Part shown: piece after piece, positions 53,482 to 55,105 of the stretch
How the letters are laid out: the number at the start of each line of letters is the position of its first letter
How positions within the stretch are numbered: position 1 is the first letter of the stretch
From: an uncultured virus (IMG/VR IMGVR_UViG_3300037851_001367)
Taxonomy: Duplodnaviria > Heunggongvirae > Uroviricota > Caudoviricetes
Virus record (IMG/VR): IMGVR_UViG_3300037851_001367
DNA length: 55,105 nucleotides
Reading direction: 5' to 3' (one strand)
The notes under the pieces: generated by a model
The model's database searches: none
What the model was told of the DNA's origin: nothing
What the model saw: the letters and a program-made list of their open reading frames with translations, nothing else
Translations under genes and position numbers: made by a program

Positions 53482-54372
53482 ATGCAGTCCGTAACGCCAC
53501 CCCGCGCGCCCGGCTCAGCCGCCGGCCTTCACTTCACAGATAGCCTCCCCATGTCCCTCGGCCAGGCTCGCGAGGACGTCATCGTCCGGGAGCTCCTGCG
53601 CGGGAACGTGCCGGACTTCATGCGCCAGCTCGTGGAGGTGGACGCCTCAGGGAAGGACGCGACCGGCAACGAGCGCAAGCTCAAGCTCTACGTCTCGCCC
53701 GACTATCTGTCCGTCGGCGACGACGAGGACTTCGTCCGCGTGCCCCTCAACCCGCTCTCGGCCCAGCTCGTCGCCGACGAGTTCGGGTGCGTGCTGCCGA
53801 CCAGGAAGATCGTCGACCTCGTCTGGAAGGCCTCCACGCTGCGGCTGAGCCCGGACCCCATCCCGCCGGACGCCCAGATGTCGACGACCAAGCGGTTCGT
53901 CGAGCACAACCGAAAGGTGGAGGCAGTTCGCCGCAAGAAGTTCGAAGAGCTCGACCTCGTCCTGGGCGCCCTCGTCGGCGGCCACAAGAAGGACGTCGTC
54001 ATCACGAACAAGCTGCTTGACCAGCTCGGCAAGATCCTCAAGAAGGTCGCCATCTACGGCTGGCACAGGCCGAACGGCGAGGCCATCCAGGGCCTCAACA
54101 CGTCGAGCCACGACGACCAGTACGCCGACTATAGCCACGGAATCCGCCTCGTCGCCGAGCGCTGCGAGCTCGAAGGGTCGCTCATCGACATTCGCCTCGT
54201 CATGGCCGATCCGGTCCTATGGCCGCTCCTGTCAGACGAGGGCCAGATGAAGATCGTCGCGTACCCCAAGCGGGTCTTCTGCGACCGGTGCGAACGAACG
54301 TACCTCTCGACCGACGGCCACCCCGAAGAGAAGTGCAAGCTCAACACGGTCTCGGACGTCCACGACCTGTGA
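53482..54372 (+). CDS. Hypothetical protein with appended Zn-motif/VxxVHxx tail
   Basis: GTAGCGT-N5-ATG; GHKKDVV, AIYGWH, DYSHGIRLV; tail CDRC..H...CKLNTVSDVHDL-stop. Confidence 0.8.
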   Translation: MQSVTPPRAPGSAAGLHFTDSLPMSLGQAREDVIVRELLRGNVPDFMRQLVEVDASGKDATGNERKLKLYVSPDYLSVGDDEDFVRVPLNPLSAQLVADEFGCVLPTRKIVDLVWKASTLRLSPDPIPPDAQMSTTKRFVEHNRKVEAVRRKKFEELDLVLGALVGGHKKDVVITNKLLDQLGKILKKVAIYGWHRPNGEAIQGLNTSSHDDQYADYSHGIRLVAERCELEGSLIDIRLVMADPVLWPLLSDEGQMKIVAYPKRVFCDRCERTYLSTDGHPEEKCKLNTVSDVHDL

Positions 54373-54388
54373 GCGTAAGCTCTCGGCG

Positions 54389-54460
54389 ATGATCGCCATC
54401 TTCTGCGGGAGCCGCGAGTGGACGGACGTGGAGGCCGTTCGGAGGGTGATGAGGGAGAGA
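54389..54460 (+). pseudogene. Truncated SLOG/DUF2493-like gene (5' fragment)
   Basis: MIAIFCGSREWTD..AV matches the SLOG N-terminal GSR motif; similarity and codon bias are lost after about 23 codons. Confidence 0.55.
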
Positions 54461-54873
54461 GGGTTTGGGGTGGTCGAGCGCAAATCGTGGGGCGATTCCC
54501 GAGAGGAGGCACTCGGTTTCGGGCACCGGGCCCTGTTGCCGCGTTTGCGCCTGACGGCCGAAAGCGTGGGCGCGCCCGATGGCCACCTCGTCGCTGCGCT
54601 CCATGGCAGCTGCGGGGGAAACTGAGAGTGGTCCGTCGCCACTCCCTGCTGCCCTCACTCCCTTCCTCCCGTACTCCCGAAATTCCTCATTCCCTCAACC
54701 TGGAAGACGCAGTTGCGCCACTGATCTTCACGGATGACCACGGAGCCGGAGGAGATGGCTCCTCTTCACGCTTTCTCCTGCGCGGTGAGGCGGAAAACCC
54801 ACCTTCGGCCCGCCTGAGCCGACCCCGCTGCCCGATGGGTGGGCCCGGCGGTTCGTCGCCGTCCGCACTGAGA

Positions 54874-55105
54874 TCAGAACTTCAAATTCATGTTCAGGTT
54901 CAACGTGCGCGGTTCGACATAGATGTAGTTGTTGCGATAGGTCATACTCCCGACCGTGGCGACGTTGCGATAGATGGGATCCTTGTGGTCGAGCACGTTG
55001 TTCAGCGTGAGTTGCGCCGAGATCGGCAGGCGGCCGAGTTTGAAGGCATAGCCCACCTTTACCATGAACAGCTCGTAAGCATCGGTGTAGATGTAATCAA
55101 AGCCA
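54874..55105 (-). CDS. TonB-dependent receptor, C-terminal part (gene enters from the right edge)
   Basis: amphipathic beta strands, L.LNNVLD, PRT....., terminal Phe. Confidence 0.8.
   Translation of the reverse strand, partial: GFDYIYTDAYELFMVKVGYAFKLGRLPISAQLTLNNVLDHKDPIYRNVATVGSMTYRNNYIYVEPRTLNLNMNLKF

Noticed and set aside
1..54460. Stop-codon reassignment
   Set aside because: Well-conserved genes end normally at TAA, TAG and TGA and are not fragmented, and there is no clean suppressor tRNA.

Overview
Bases 1 to about 54460 look like a piece of a large, high-GC bacteriophage genome, probably a jumbo phage. Several accessory genes resemble myxobacterial ones, but this host link is inference, and no capsid or terminase gene lies in the window. 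The region holds about 48 tRNA genes, all on the + strand and covering all 20 amino acids, plus EF-Tu, pyrE/pyrF, a MazG-like and an NT5C-like nucleotide enzyme, RuvB, a DNA methyltransferase, HNH nucleases, collagen-like and LamG fibre genes, and many small ORFs. The standout locus is 15752-23556. It encodes a Ro60/TROVE-like vWA protein, a divergent E2-like protein, a JAB peptidase, a Gly-terminated ubiquitin-like protein and a ThiF/E1 enzyme. Directly downstream is an array of ten tRNA-mimic RNAs that share a CACTCG / CACCAG / CACA(A/C)GC module, built in two circularly permuted layouts. Other signals: ten otherwise dissimilar ORFs end in V-x-x-V-H-x-x-stop; a leader-peptide attenuator sits at the head of the tRNA region; a GTANNNT motif lies 4-7 nt before many start codons (leaderless promoters); and several further tRNA-like RNAs are present. 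At about 54460 the sequence switches abruptly to bacterial-type DNA carrying the 3' end of a TonB-dependent receptor gene. All calls come from reading the sequence by eye; no searches were run.
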